64,000 bases of DNA, from NCBI GenBank assembly GCA_028279705.1, contig JANQNF010000016.1, forward strand, positions 1-64,000. The letters are read 5' to 3'. The position numbers and the translations under genes are program-made. Source of the DNA: an archaeon (GTDB taxonomy: Archaea; Aenigmatarchaeota; Aenigmatarchaeia; QMZP01; JAFGSV01). Shown one piece after another: positions 35,958 through 44,765 of this stretch (its first letter is position 1; the number at the start of each line of letters is the position of its first letter). The notes under the pieces were generated by a model. It saw nothing but the letters and a program-made list of their open reading frames with translations. It did no database searches and had not been told where the DNA came from.

Positions 35958-37060
35958 TGTATTTAGATTGGGCTGGTGTCACAACTTGTGTGCTGTCTAC
36001 CCAACTTTATCTATAGTGGGCTGGGGAGCCAGTCGGCCGAAAATAACTGGTCTTCTTTATCTAATTCTAGATGGAAGTGCCGCGTCTTACCCTTATTGAC
36101 CTCATCTTCCCGACCAAACAAATTAGGTCGGTACTGAGCGCCTCAGGAGCGAAACAACAACCCAAATAGCCTTAAACACAGGGTGTCCAGCCATCTCCTT
36201 AGATGACTCCCCAGTTTTGGGACAACTTACCTCTACGCGCTCCGCAATGCACGTTTTAGCTCGAAATCCCGGCGCAAAGCTGCAATCTGCAAGGAACCTT
36301 TGTCTTAGTGACCCAAACACATAGGACTAACAACCCTCGGGTACGCCACAATCATAACGTCCACCGCTCAGTGTCTTCCGTGGTACTCTGTCTAGCCACC
36401 CATCTGTGGTCTCAAACAGCCTATGTACTAACAACAAGAAGAATGGTGCGGCATCGGATTATGAAAGGTGAGAGGGACGCGGGACTAGGGCCTCCTATTT
36501 ATATTTACAACTTCACTTATATAATGCGACTTGTAGCTTTATTGACGCCGGAGCGTGTTTCCCGTCGCATATATCTATTTTTAGAACATAGCCAGCAGGA
36601 TACTGGCCGAAACAACCCCAAATACCAGAGAAATGAACAGTCCCCGCTCCAAATCAGAGAAAATACTGCCGTTTCTACTCATATCCGGGTGTTTGTGTAG
36701 GTTATCTGTCTATATTTAGAAAAAAAGGGCCGCAATCGTGGCTTCTATGCATCTTTTGTGCATTTTAGCGACGTATTGGCCCTAGCTTGGTGTCTTTTAT
36801 ATATATCTGTCTATTTTTAGATGAAGAGCTTGGTGTGTAGCTTGTTAGCGTGTCGGCGTGGCCGTTGAGGCACGCATTACACAGAGGCTACACGCCTACC
36901 CAGAGCATCGCAAGAAGGATAGCTCCGAAGAAGAGGAGACCTACTATGGCTAGAACAACCTCTCCACCTTCCTCATATAGCGTAACTATAATGAGAAGGA
37001 GAATGAAGAAGAAGAGACCGGGAAGGCCACCAACCATATGAAGTGCCTCTAATTATAGAT

Positions 37061-37098
37061 ATAAAAAAACCCCGGCCTCAGTGACGAAACCGGGGTCG
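37061..37098 (-). terminator. rho-independent terminator
   Basis: CCCCGG...CCGGGG hairpin followed by UUUUUUUAUAUC on minus strand. Confidence 0.55.
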
Positions 37099-37138
37099 AG
37101 CCATCCCGTGAGGGAGGCTCAGGTGGGGAAGAGGGAGA

Positions 37139-37747
37139 CTATCGCCTTGGGGATTTCACCCAAGGATGGAACTTGCTGATGTACCTCGGAGTGACCCAGC
37201 CCTCGCCCAGAGAGCTGTCCTTGAACTCAGGCGGGAACCAGAAGGTCTGTGTGACACCCCGCGCGAACTCGAAGACAACCTTGTACTGTCGGTGCTCCTC
37301 CACCCATTCTATTTTTAGAGGCATCACCTCGTAGATACTGGTGTGCTTCCAAGGGTTTGTCTTGCTGCGAGCACCTCTAGGCCACTCACGCATACCGCGC
37401 GTAGCCTTGTAATTCTTGGAGAAGGCCGTAGTCCATTCGGCTTCGTACCTCTCCCTACTAAAGAAGACGAAGGTCTCGAACTGGTGCAAGGCACACAGGC
37501 GGAACCAGCCGTCGTCTAGTTGGAGGCCGAACTCTAGCTCCATCTCATCGTAGAAGGCGTCCAATTCCTCGAACGGCTTATACTTGAGAAGCTTGTCCTT
37601 CGGAGGCTCCGGTCTATTGGCCTTCCGGGCGCGCTTGCGTCTGATGGCCTCTAGGCGCAACTCCCGTTCCTCTAAGCTTAGGTCTTCCCAGAGGTAGGCA
37701 ACGAACTTGGGAGCTTCCTTGCCGCTTGCTTTTACCTCGTGTTCCAT
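37139..37747 (-). CDS. hypothetical protein
   Basis: 202 aa; TATAAATAGAGG upstream. Confidence 0.55.
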   Translation of the reverse strand: MEHEVKASGKEAPKFVAYLWEDLSLEERELRLEAIRRKRARKANRPEPPKDKLLKYKPFEELDAFYDEMELEFGLQLDDGWFRLCALHQFETFVFFSRERYEAEWTTAFSKNYKATRGMREWPRGARSKTNPWKHTSIYEVMPLKIEWVEEHRQYKVVFEFARGVTQTFWFPPEFKDSSLGEGWVTPRYISKFHPWVKSPRR

Positions 37748-37784
37748 AGTCGCCTCTATTTATACCCCTTGAGGTCTAGTAGAC

Positions 37785-37822
37785 AAAAAAAGGGGAACCC
37801 GCCTTGCGGCGGGCTCCCTGAG
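37785..37822 (-). terminator. rho-independent terminator
   Basis: GAGCCCGCC-GCAA-GGCGGGUUCC then CCUUUUUUUGUCUACUAGAC on minus strand. Confidence 0.6.
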
Positions 37823-37839
37823 AAGGTTGTGGTCTGAGG

Positions 37840-38772
37840 CTAGCTCTCGACCGTCTCCTCCTCGACCTCGGCCTCGTCGGCCTCGGACGGGTCGGGCTCG
37901 CGGGAGAGCACCTCGCCGCCGCGCTGGTCCTGCTCCTCGATGTTCGAGGTGCCGCGGTCCTTCGCGCGGTCCAGCCGGGCCTGCTCGGCCTCCAGCTTGC
38001 GGGCCTCCGCCGCTTCGACCTCGCACTCCGCGAGCGTGACGGCCATGTCGCCTCGGAGGTCCGAGATGACGCCGTCGAGGTTGTCGCAGAAGTCCGCGAT
38101 GACCTCGCTCTTGAGGTGCTCGTTGTCCGTGCGGAGCTTGGCGACCACCTTGGCCAGCTCACCCGGCCTCTTTTCGAGGTTCTCGGGGTTGCCGAGCACG
38201 CGCATGAGGGACGCACCCACCTTGGGGTTCACGTCGCCGCGCTGGTTGAGCGCCTTGATTTCCGCGATGGAGAGCGTGGCCCAGTGCCTCTCGTTGCCCT
38301 CCTTGTCGACGGCGATGATACCGTCCATGTCCGCGCGGAAGGGCGTGTCCTCCGTGCGAACGAGACGACCCCAGCCCGCGTTGAGGCGGCCCGGCGTGTA
38401 GAGGGGACCCTTGGTCTGGGCACCCTCGTGCTCCTCGCCCGTGACGAGGAAGTCGTCCCAGATGGCGAGGATGACCGGGGAGGCCTTCCCGCCGTGCAGG
38501 GTCGAGGCGAACGTGAACGCCGGGTTGAGGTAGCTCTTGGCGAGCGTGCCCTTCTCCCCGAAGCCCGCGATGATGAGGCCGTTCTTCATGGCCGCCATCA
38601 GGCCTCGCGGTGCCTGCTTGTCCCCGTCCCGATGAGCCTCCAGCTCGTCGTAGACGTACGAGATGAGGTCACGGAAAGCGACCTGCGCCTCGTTCTCGCC
38701 CTTGGCGAACCCGTCACGGATGAGGGTGACGCGCTCCTCGTTGGGGGACCAGTTGGTGAAATCCTTCATGGA
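37840..38772 (-). CDS. hypothetical protein (very high-GC island, acidic C-terminal tail)
   Basis: start set at MKDFTNWSP; GC far above flanks; antisense ORFs judged spurious. Confidence 0.6.
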   Translation of the reverse strand, partial: SMKDFTNWSPNEERVTLIRDGFAKGENEAQVAFRDLISYVYDELEAHRDGDKQAPRGLMAAMKNGLIIAGFGEKGTLAKSYLNPAFTFASTLHGGKASPVILAIWDDFLVTGEEHEGAQTKGPLYTPGRLNAGWGRLVRTEDTPFRADMDGIIAVDKEGNERHWATLSIAEIKALNQRGDVNPKVGASLMRVLGNPENLEKRPGELAKVVAKLRTDNEHLKSEVIADFCDNLDGVISDLRGDMAVTLAECEVEAAEARKLEAEQARLDRAKDRGTSNIEEQDQRGGEVLSREPDPSEADEAEVEEETVES

Positions 38773-38925
38773 ATTTCCTCTATGCTTAGACCAACTGATG
38801 AGGTTTCTGACCGTTCGTACGCGCGGAAGGAGTCGAACGCTCCTCGATTGCCGCACACACGCAACGCGCCTCTAGCTCAGTCGGCTGTCGGCAAGTTTCG
38901 TCTAAATTTAGATGGAGTGACGTCT

Positions 38926-39079
38926 CCTTGAGGTGGGCCGCAACCTTCAGGTGGGCTCTCACCTTGAGGTTCCCCGGTACCTTCAGGTGGACTGCTACCT
39001 TGAGGTGGCGTCCTACCTTCACAAAGCCCGAACCTCGCGTCCGGGTTGACCTTCGAGTGGTGACCTTCAGAGTAGGGAA
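38926..39079. repeat. tandem array of about 8 imperfect 18-bp repeats (CCTTSAGGTGG core)
   Basis: units CCTTGAGGTGGGCCGCAA / CCTTCAGGTGGGCTCTCA / CCTTGAGGTTCCCCGGTA / CCTTCAGGTGGACTGCTA / CCTTGAGGTGGCGTCCTA then degenerate units; ORFs across it translate to HLKV or TFRW repeats and are artefacts. Confidence 0.8.
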
Positions 39080-39357
39080 CATTTCCGTTGGAAGTATAGC
39101 AAGCGCCGTGCCAACTATATATTGCGCTTTGAGGTAGCAATAACCACAATATCTTGTATGCCTAGCGTCGTACAGTATGTCATGGCGGCAAACGGTCTAT
39201 GTCATTTCAGCAGAGCGGTCATAAGTCTATATCTGACAAGCACTTACGTCGGTGTGAGGTGTTTGTCATTTCGGCATGGTCCTCGGTCATTCCACCTAGA
39301 GGTCGTATGCAGCCTCAAGGTCCGGCAATCGGTGTGCCAATTGCTCATTCACAAAGT

Positions 39358-39395
39358 ATGCCATATGGTTTTTTTGTAGCCTCATGAGACAGTGA
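39358..39395 (+). repeat. conserved intergenic element (short variant)
   Basis: AGTATGCCATATGG...CATGAGACAG. Confidence 0.4.
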
Positions 39396-39484
39396 CCTCA
39401 TACAGCCTTGGAAGGTGAAACTTTGACCGGAAGGTGGGACTTTGGGAAGGCCTATCATAAATTCTCGAAAAGTCAAATTATAAA

Positions 39485-39530
39485 AGTATGCCAATGGGAG
39501 CAAATGACTCAAGATGAGACGTGCCAATAT
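39485..39530 (+). repeat. conserved intergenic element copy A
   Basis: AGTATGCCAATGGG...GATGAGACGTGCC followed by CCTCAAGGT motifs. Confidence 0.45.
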
Positions 39531-39766
39531 GACACGCCTCAAGGTCGGGCTTGGTGTGTATGTGGTATGTGTCCTCAAGGTGCGGCGGGCGGTGGCCTCG
39601 TTGAACAAAGCCACCTCTACCCTACGTGTGATTGTCCTTGATGCGGTCAAGTTCCTCGATAAGGTCTTGTAGCTCGAACTGGTAGCCACCTCTGATATAG
39701 ATGGCGCAATCTTCTAGGGCTTCCTTGGCTTTTTGGAAGGCCCGTTCCTTAGCTCTTTCTTCCATG

Positions 39767-39979
39767 TTATTTTACCTCAATGACGTCGTCGCGCCAAGTG
39801 ATGAAGTAGATTTCCCCTGTTTCCTTGTCGAACATATCTAGGTTGCGGGTTAGCTTCTCCTCTCCGCGAGCTGCCCGCACCCTATTAAGTGCGAAGGTAC
39901 CTATGACTTCGTTCTCAAACCAGAATTTCTGGAGAGGCGGGCGCACGTGCCAAACGAAGGGTAGGCTTAGCATTGTCAT
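39767..39979 (-). CDS. hypothetical protein
   Basis: 70 aa. Confidence 0.45.
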   Translation of the reverse strand: MTMLSLPFVWHVRPPLQKFWFENEVIGTFALNRVRAARGEEKLTRNLDMFDKETGEIYFITWRDDVIEVK

Positions 39980-40278
39980 GCGGCCTCTCCTGCCTCGAAC
40001 GTGACCGCCTGTACGTCCACAACGATATCCTCAGTCTCGTCGGGAAACTCGCTGATGTGGAGGTAGTGGAAACCATCCTCGTCGTCGCGTGTGTGACTCA
40101 CCGGAAGGGTCATCCACCCTTGGAACTTGCGAATGATGAAGGAGTCGGGCTTGCCCTTGGTAAGCCACTGGAGAACGACTAGGTACCTCAGCAGGCGCTT
40201 CTCGGCTGCCCTCTTATCCTTCAGGAGACCTTCGCGGGCCTCGTTGATTTTCTTCAGTAGAGCGGGTCGAATCTTCAT
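39976..40278 (-). CDS. hypothetical protein
   Basis: 100 aa. Confidence 0.5.
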   Translation of the reverse strand: MKIRPALLKKINEAREGLLKDKRAAEKRLLRYLVVLQWLTKGKPDSFIIRKFQGWMTLPVSHTRDDEDGFHYLHISEFPDETEDIVVDVQAVTFEAGEAA

Positions 40279-40511
40279 ATCTGCACCTTCGCCAGCTCCA
40301 TAAGCTGACCCGTGTGTGTGACCTTGGAAACAAAGAGGACGGCCAAGGGCTCACGTCCTCCAAGCAACATCTTGACGTGTACCTCAATGGACCAGCCTAG
40401 GTAGCTGAAGCCAAACGGGTGATGCGGTCTGTCTGAGGTGAAGAACCGTTCCTTGGCTATTTCAGCACAAGCCATTCTAGCCTCGTGGAGAGGGTCCCTA
40501 GGTATCGGCAT
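40275..40511 (-). CDS. hypothetical protein
   Basis: 78 aa. Confidence 0.45.
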   Translation of the reverse strand: MPIPRDPLHEARMACAEIAKERFFTSDRPHHPFGFSYLGWSIEVHVKMLLGGREPLAVLFVSKVTHTGQLMELAKVQI

Positions 40512-40851
40512 CGGTCTGCTCCTTCGGAATCTCCACCTGAAACGAGCGTGTCACTTCGAGGTTACGCTTGGGCAGCATCAAACGGCGTGCCCTCTTCTCA
40601 CCCGGTAGCTTGGGGTTCAGCGTCACCTTCTCCTTGGTGTGCTCGTCTAGGCGGTAGACGTTCAGTATGAGTTCGGCCTCGTAGTGTTCGAGCTTGTCGG
40701 TCACCTTGCCGCGGATAAGCTCAGCCACGAATACGCCTTCGTGGTGTCTAAATCCGCAAGCTGTCTGTTCCTTGAGGACCTGTAGGTTAAACCTACTAAT
40801 GGCCTTCTCGACCAGCTCTTGATTGAGGTCGGCTGTTACTTCGTATGACAT
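40498..40851 (-). CDS. hypothetical protein
   Basis: 117 aa. Confidence 0.5.
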   Translation of the reverse strand: MSYEVTADLNQELVEKAISRFNLQVLKEQTACGFRHHEGVFVAELIRGKVTDKLEHYEAELILNVYRLDEHTKEKVTLNPKLPGEKRARRLMLPKRNLEVTRSFQVEIPKEQTDADT

Positions 40852-40947
40852 AAGTTCACCTATATAGAGGATATCACGACTTGAGCCGAAAGCAAGTTGT
40901 ATTTTTTAGACATCTCATAATGAGCCATGCCAAACTTGAAATAAATA

Positions 40948-41000
40948 AGTATGCCAAAGAGGGCGTTTGGCTCAACTTGGTACGTATTATTATGAGACCC
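40948..41000 (+). repeat. conserved intergenic element copy B
   Basis: AGTATGCCAAAGAGG...TACGTATTATTATGAGACCC followed by CCTCAAGGT x2 and CCTTGAGG. Confidence 0.45.
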
Positions 41001-41150
41001 CTCAAGGTGCTTGGTGTGTTGGTCTTATGGGCCTCAAGGTCAGGCGGGCGCTCGCCTCATTGAACGGTACACCCTTGAGGATGCGCAAGGCGCACGAAAA
41101 AAGGGGAGGCTACGCGCCTCCCCGAGCAACAAAGGAGTCAGCACCTAGGT

Positions 41151-41432
41151 CTAGAGGTCGCGGACCATATGGCCTTGCCAATCGCCAGCGACGTAGACAA
41201 AGAAGTTGAGGCGGTCGTCGATGAGTCGTACCTCCACCTGAACCTCCTCGTCGTCGTCGAACAGCGGGAACGTCGTGTCCTCCGCGTAGCCGTTCGGGCA
41301 CCTCTCCTTGTAGCGCCTCCACAGGCACACCTCTAGTAGCTTCTGCTTGAGCCTGTCGCCATCGGCAAAAGCCTCACGGATGCGGTCGATAGCCTCTCTG
41401 CTCAGAGGCGGCGTGTCATTCTCAATTCCCAT
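41151..41432 (-). CDS. hypothetical protein
   Basis: 93 aa, GC-rich. Confidence 0.5.
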   Translation of the reverse strand: MGIENDTPPLSREAIDRIREAFADGDRLKQKLLEVCLWRRYKERCPNGYAEDTTFPLFDDDEEVQVEVRLIDDRLNFFVYVAGDWQGHMVRDL

Positions 41433-41709
41433 AGCTCAACTCCTCCGCAGCCTGACGCCGCGCCTTCTCGTAATACATAGCTTCCGCCATGTACCTCATA
41501 ATGAGCATGGCAGCGTGGTCTCGGATATCCTCGCACGGGTCATCGATGAAGGTCTCAGCCTGCCTCATCATATATTCGGCCCGTAGTTTTGCATGGTAGG
41601 ACAGGGAGGCCCGCCGAATGGCGAGCTTCCTCCAGTCTACGCCTCTATCGAAGTTAACCCGTCGCATTAGCTGTGCTCCGGGCAAGTGAGGGAGAGGCCA
41701 CACATGCAT
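41422..41709 (-). CDS. hypothetical protein
   Basis: 95 aa. Confidence 0.45.
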   Translation of the reverse strand: MHVWPLPHLPGAQLMRRVNFDRGVDWRKLAIRRASLSYHAKLRAEYMMRQAETFIDDPCEDIRDHAAMLIMRYMAEAMYYEKARRQAAEELSYGN

Positions 41710-41934
41710 CTCGATTCGGGAAGGTTCTCACGCGGGAGGGAGAATACCGCTCCCACATTGAAGCCTTCGACTTGCGTGTGAGGCACGGCGATGATGTATC
41801 GCGCGAAGTCCTCAAGGTGCGGCCATTCCTGAATCGCACCCTTGATAGCCTCTTCCGGGGTTTCTGCGCTAACGTCTGTTTGGTAGAGTAGCTCCCGGTC
41901 GGAGGTGATGCGGTAGATGCTGAAACGTACCACC
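41667..41934 (-). CDS. hypothetical protein (GTG start)
   Basis: GTG preceded by AAGGAGGTG SD at 5-nt spacing. Confidence 0.45.
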
Positions 41935-42132
41935 CTACACCTCCTTGTCCGCGAACGGGTACTTGTGCGCCACCTTGAAGTAGGCGTCCATGAGCTTGGC
42001 AGGCTGGAACCCGAGGGTACGGTTGAGGTCCCGCACGTATTCGACCAGCTTAAGCTCAGTCGCCTCAGAGGCGGTACCGGCAAGTATCTGCCGCCGCCAG
42101 TTGAGCAAGGTTGATTCGGAAGGCTGTGACAT
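41935..42132 (-). CDS. hypothetical protein
   Basis: 65 aa. Confidence 0.5.
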   Translation of the reverse strand: MSQPSESTLLNWRRQILAGTASEATELKLVEYVRDLNRTLGFQPAKLMDAYFKVAHKYPFADKEV

Positions 42133-42221
42133 TTTGACTCCTATTCGTTGCTACTAAGAGTATAGCCGGGATTGAGCGGGAAGCCACCCAATCCCGGTTT
42201 TCGTGGTCTCAGTATGAGACG

Positions 42222-42485
42222 CTAGCTCTTGGCGACCTTCCCGCGCTTGACTTCGACGGTCAGCGGGAGGTGGATGGTCTCCGTGTAGAGGCCAATCTTG
42301 TCCTTGAACGCCTTGCCCAAGTACACCTTGCCCGTCTCCTCCTCGCGCACGACGACCAGCTTGGAGAAGTAAGACTTCCCCGCCGCCTTGCTCTCTTCGA
42401 GGACGTCGGCCACCAGCGTCAGAACCTCCTCGGGCTTCGTACCCTTCTTCACCGTGAGCGCCTTGCCGTTAGTCTGCGTAGCCAT
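42222..42485 (-). CDS. small conserved protein, copy 1 of a duplicated gene
   Basis: 87 aa, about 80% identical to product of 44168..44422. Confidence 0.55.
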   Translation of the reverse strand: MATQTNGKALTVKKGTKPEEVLTLVADVLEESKAAGKSYFSKLVVVREEETGKVYLGKAFKDKIGLYTETIHLPLTVEVKRGKVAKS

Positions 42486-42696
42486 TTCTGACTCCTGTTG
42501 TTCGCTAGGCCCTATTGCCTATTCACTACAAGGATACCAGCTTGGGGTAAGAAAGCAAAAACATTCTGAGGCTTGGTGTGTATCGGTGTATCGTTTCGGG
42601 ACGGGCCGAAGGCACATAGATTAAACCTAGAGGTTGCATTCGGCTGAGCCGTCTTCCTCAAGGCAAGGTGGGCCTCAGCGCATACCATATGGCTGT

Positions 42697-42750
42697 GCGT
42701 TGTCAAGTTTCTAATAGTATGCCAATGGACCAGAATGGCGCAAAATGATA
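42697..42750 (+). repeat. conserved intergenic element copy C
   Basis: AGTATGCCAATGGACC...GATACGTCTCATTATGAGACAG. Confidence 0.45.
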
Positions 42751-43112
42751 CGTCTCATTATGAGACAGCAAGGGCAAAAAAAAGTGGAGGCGACTGCGTT
42801 TCTGGGAGGTCGCTAGCGCGTGTGATTCCTCTGCGCCAACAGGCTGCCTCGTCTCTGCGTTCCGAGGTTCGACAAGCCTTTTCTCTAATCGCCTAGGTAC
42901 CTTCAGCGATTCTTGAGGATGCCGATTCGTGTTGAGAAACGGAGCGAGGGAGCCGTAGGCCGTTGCGCCTTGACGTCCGCTGTGTCCGTCGCCTCCGTTT
43001 GTCTCCCGGAGACACTAGTAGAATACCATGATTCCCCTGATATGCAAGCAAAAAGCAAAAAATATTTCAGCCTTGGGCATACCACACAGTAGCCGGGTAG
43101 TCAAAATATAAT

Positions 43113-43165
43113 ACTATGCCAAACGGGCCGTTTGCACCAAAATAGTACGTATCAAAATGAGACAC
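43113..43165 (+). repeat. conserved intergenic element copy D
   Basis: ACTATGCCAAACGGG...AGTACGTATCAAAATGAGACAC, preceded by GCATACCACACAGT. Confidence 0.45.
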
Positions 43166-43363
43166 TGAGGCGGCGGCGTATCATTTAGATACACACTACC
43201 TCTTGGCCTTCTCGCGCGTGATAGCCCAGTATGCCTCGTTAAGATAGCCTACGCCTAGACGTTTGTTATCGGCCATCCACTTGGCTAGAGCCTTGCGCTG
43301 ATTCTTTTGACCCTTGATTTTCATTGTATTAAAGTAGGCCGGGAGGCGAGTCCCACGTTGGGA

Positions 43364-43702
43364 CTACCTTGTATTCCTCCCGGAGCCTACCGAAGAGTTC
43401 AAAGAAGTGGGGGAGGCGGGAGCCTCCCCCGTGCGTACGTTCTCAACACAGCGGGAAGAATCGGAATTGGAAAGGGAATCGGAACAACGACCTTCTTGCG
43501 CAGCCTCGTATTCGTCGTACGCGGTACGAATCGGGCGCGCACCTCCAGCTTTGCCGCATCTGCGGCAGAAAGACAACACCTCGGTCGGAAAGCCCAAGGC
43601 GTCGGCAAGCAGCACAACCCAACGCCTTCTGACGTTGACCTTGCACTGACAGCCGTCGCACCTTGTGTGCGTCCGCGTCCGAATGAATGTTGTGTAGTCC
43701 AT
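43364..43702 (-). CDS. hypothetical zinc-ribbon protein
   Basis: 112 aa; CDGCQC...CRRCG; GC-rich region with many overlapping frames. Confidence 0.35.
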   Translation of the reverse strand: MDYTTFIRTRTHTRCDGCQCKVNVRRRWVVLLADALGFPTEVLSFCRRCGKAGGARPIRTAYDEYEAAQEGRCSDSLSNSDSSRCVENVRTGEAPASPTSLNSSVGSGRNTR

Positions 43703-43706
43703 TTCT

Positions 43707-44006
43707 CTAGTCCACCCGTAGTCTACCCGTCATTGTCCGCGTGGGCAAGCCTGCCGGATAATCTTTTGCGTCCGTCCGTCTCATCATGATACAGGTCCCG
43801 TCCAGCAAGGTGTACTCTGCCTTGATTACGAAGGGTACCTCGATGGGCTTGCCAGCCTCTCGGGTCGGCCTTCGCTTCTGTCGGCATACGCTCCGGTATT
43901 TCATGGGTAAGCCTTTCGTGCTTACCCCCCTAAACCTCACACCTATACTATCATCTAAAGTTAAATCCGCAAGCCTAGTTTGATATAGTATCCCATAGTG
44001 GGACAT
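43707..44006 (-). CDS. hypothetical protein
   Basis: 99 aa; start immediately downstream (minus sense) of element copy E. Confidence 0.45.
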   Translation of the reverse strand: MSHYGILYQTRLADLTLDDSIGVRFRGVSTKGLPMKYRSVCRQKRRPTREAGKPIEVPFVIKAEYTLLDGTCIMMRRTDAKDYPAGLPTRTMTGRLRVD

Positions 44007-44024
44007 GCCATGCTTGAATTATAT

Positions 44025-44105
44025 TACTGTGCCAATTGGCCCGAATGCCCCAAAATAGAACGTCTCAATATGGTACACCGGCCGGGCGTCTCAGTATGAG
44101 ACACA
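44025..44105 (+). repeat. conserved intergenic element copy E
   Basis: ACTGTGCCAATTGGC...GAACGTCTCAATATGG...CAGTATGAGACAC. Confidence 0.45.
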
Positions 44106-44110
44106 CACGA

Positions 44111-44147
44111 TAAAAGAAAAGGGCCGGGTACTCTTGACCCGGCCCGA
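44111..44147 (-). terminator. rho-independent terminator
   Basis: GGGCCGGGUCAAGAGUACCCGGCCC followed by UUUUCUUUU on minus strand, just downstream of 44168..44422. Confidence 0.55.
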
Positions 44148-44167
44148 TTCTGTGGTAGGCGCGTGGG

Positions 44168-44422
44168 CTAGGACTTGGCAATCTTGCCCCGCTTGACCTC
44201 GACCTGCAACGGCAGGTGCATGGCCTCGACGTACAGCCCGATGCGGTCCTTGAACGCCTTCCCGAGGTAGACCTTGCCGGTCTCCTCTTCGCGGACGACG
44301 ACCTGCTTCGAGTAGTAGGACTTGCCCTCCGCTTTGGACTTTTCGAGTTCGTCCGCAACCAGAGTGAGAACCGCTTCCGGCTTGGTTCCCTTTTTGACAG
44401 TGAGTGCTTTTCCGTTGGCCAT
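44168..44422 (-). CDS. small conserved protein, copy 2 of a duplicated gene
   Basis: start set at MANGKALTVKK with TTAGGAG SD; paralog of 42222..42485. Confidence 0.55.
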   Translation of the reverse strand: MANGKALTVKKGTKPEAVLTLVADELEKSKAEGKSYYSKQVVVREEETGKVYLGKAFKDRIGLYVEAMHLPLQVEVKRGKIAKS

Positions 44423-44548
44423 TGTGCTAACTCCTAAGTTTGGGTTACTTGCTTCACCTACATAGTATCCCGTAGTGCTAGGCAAGCAATTGGTTTTTTT
44501 GGTTTGTTTGTGAGGCGTATCAAGGTGAGACTGGGCGTGCATACCACA

Positions 44549-44627
44549 CAGTGTGCCAATAGCCAATTATATTAGTGTGCCAATCAACCCTTTTGTATCA
44601 AGAATATACGTATCAATATGAGACACC
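44549..44627 (+). repeat. conserved intergenic element copy F
   Basis: GCATACCACACAGTGTGCCAATAGCC...AGTGTGCCAATCAACC...ATACGTATCAATATGAGACAC. Confidence 0.45.
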
Positions 44628-44765
44628 CGCGCGGCGGGCGAAGTGTCCAATAAACAGGACACCTCCCGCACTAGTATAGCCAAGCGTAGACAGTGTGTGC
44701 ATAGTAGCATACCGCACACAAGGCTACGATAGTCCAGAAGTTTTTGAAGATAAAGCGTAGCATTG

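Noticed and set aside
38815-38890. tRNA gene (GCGCCTCTAGCTCAGTCGG on plus strand, GGAGTCGAACGCTCC on minus)
   Set aside because: Only a 5'-like fragment on one strand and a T-arm-like fragment on the other, with no complete cloverleaf; possibly a rearranged remnant, not called.
37760-38931. Multiple long ORFs in all frames (for example 37776..38216, 38116..38931)
   Set aside because: Very high GC region keeps several frames open; only the minus-strand frame starting MKDFTNW has protein-like composition.
38926-39079. CRISPR array
   Set aside because: The repeats are contiguous with no unique spacers of spacer-like length, and there are no cas genes.
38786-39137. ORFs encoding HLKV or TFRW repeat peptides
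   Set aside because: They are translations of the 18-bp tandem DNA repeat, not genes.
39345-39689. 114-aa minus ORF
   Set aside because: Runs through the conserved intergenic element and CCTCAAGG motifs with low-complexity translation; likely non-coding.
42163-42200. Plus-strand intrinsic terminator between minus-strand genes
   Set aside because: The hairpin CCGGGATTG...CAATCCCGG is followed by TTTT on the plus strand, but no plus-strand gene precedes it; more likely an mRNA-stabilising hairpin for the minus transcript. Left uncalled.
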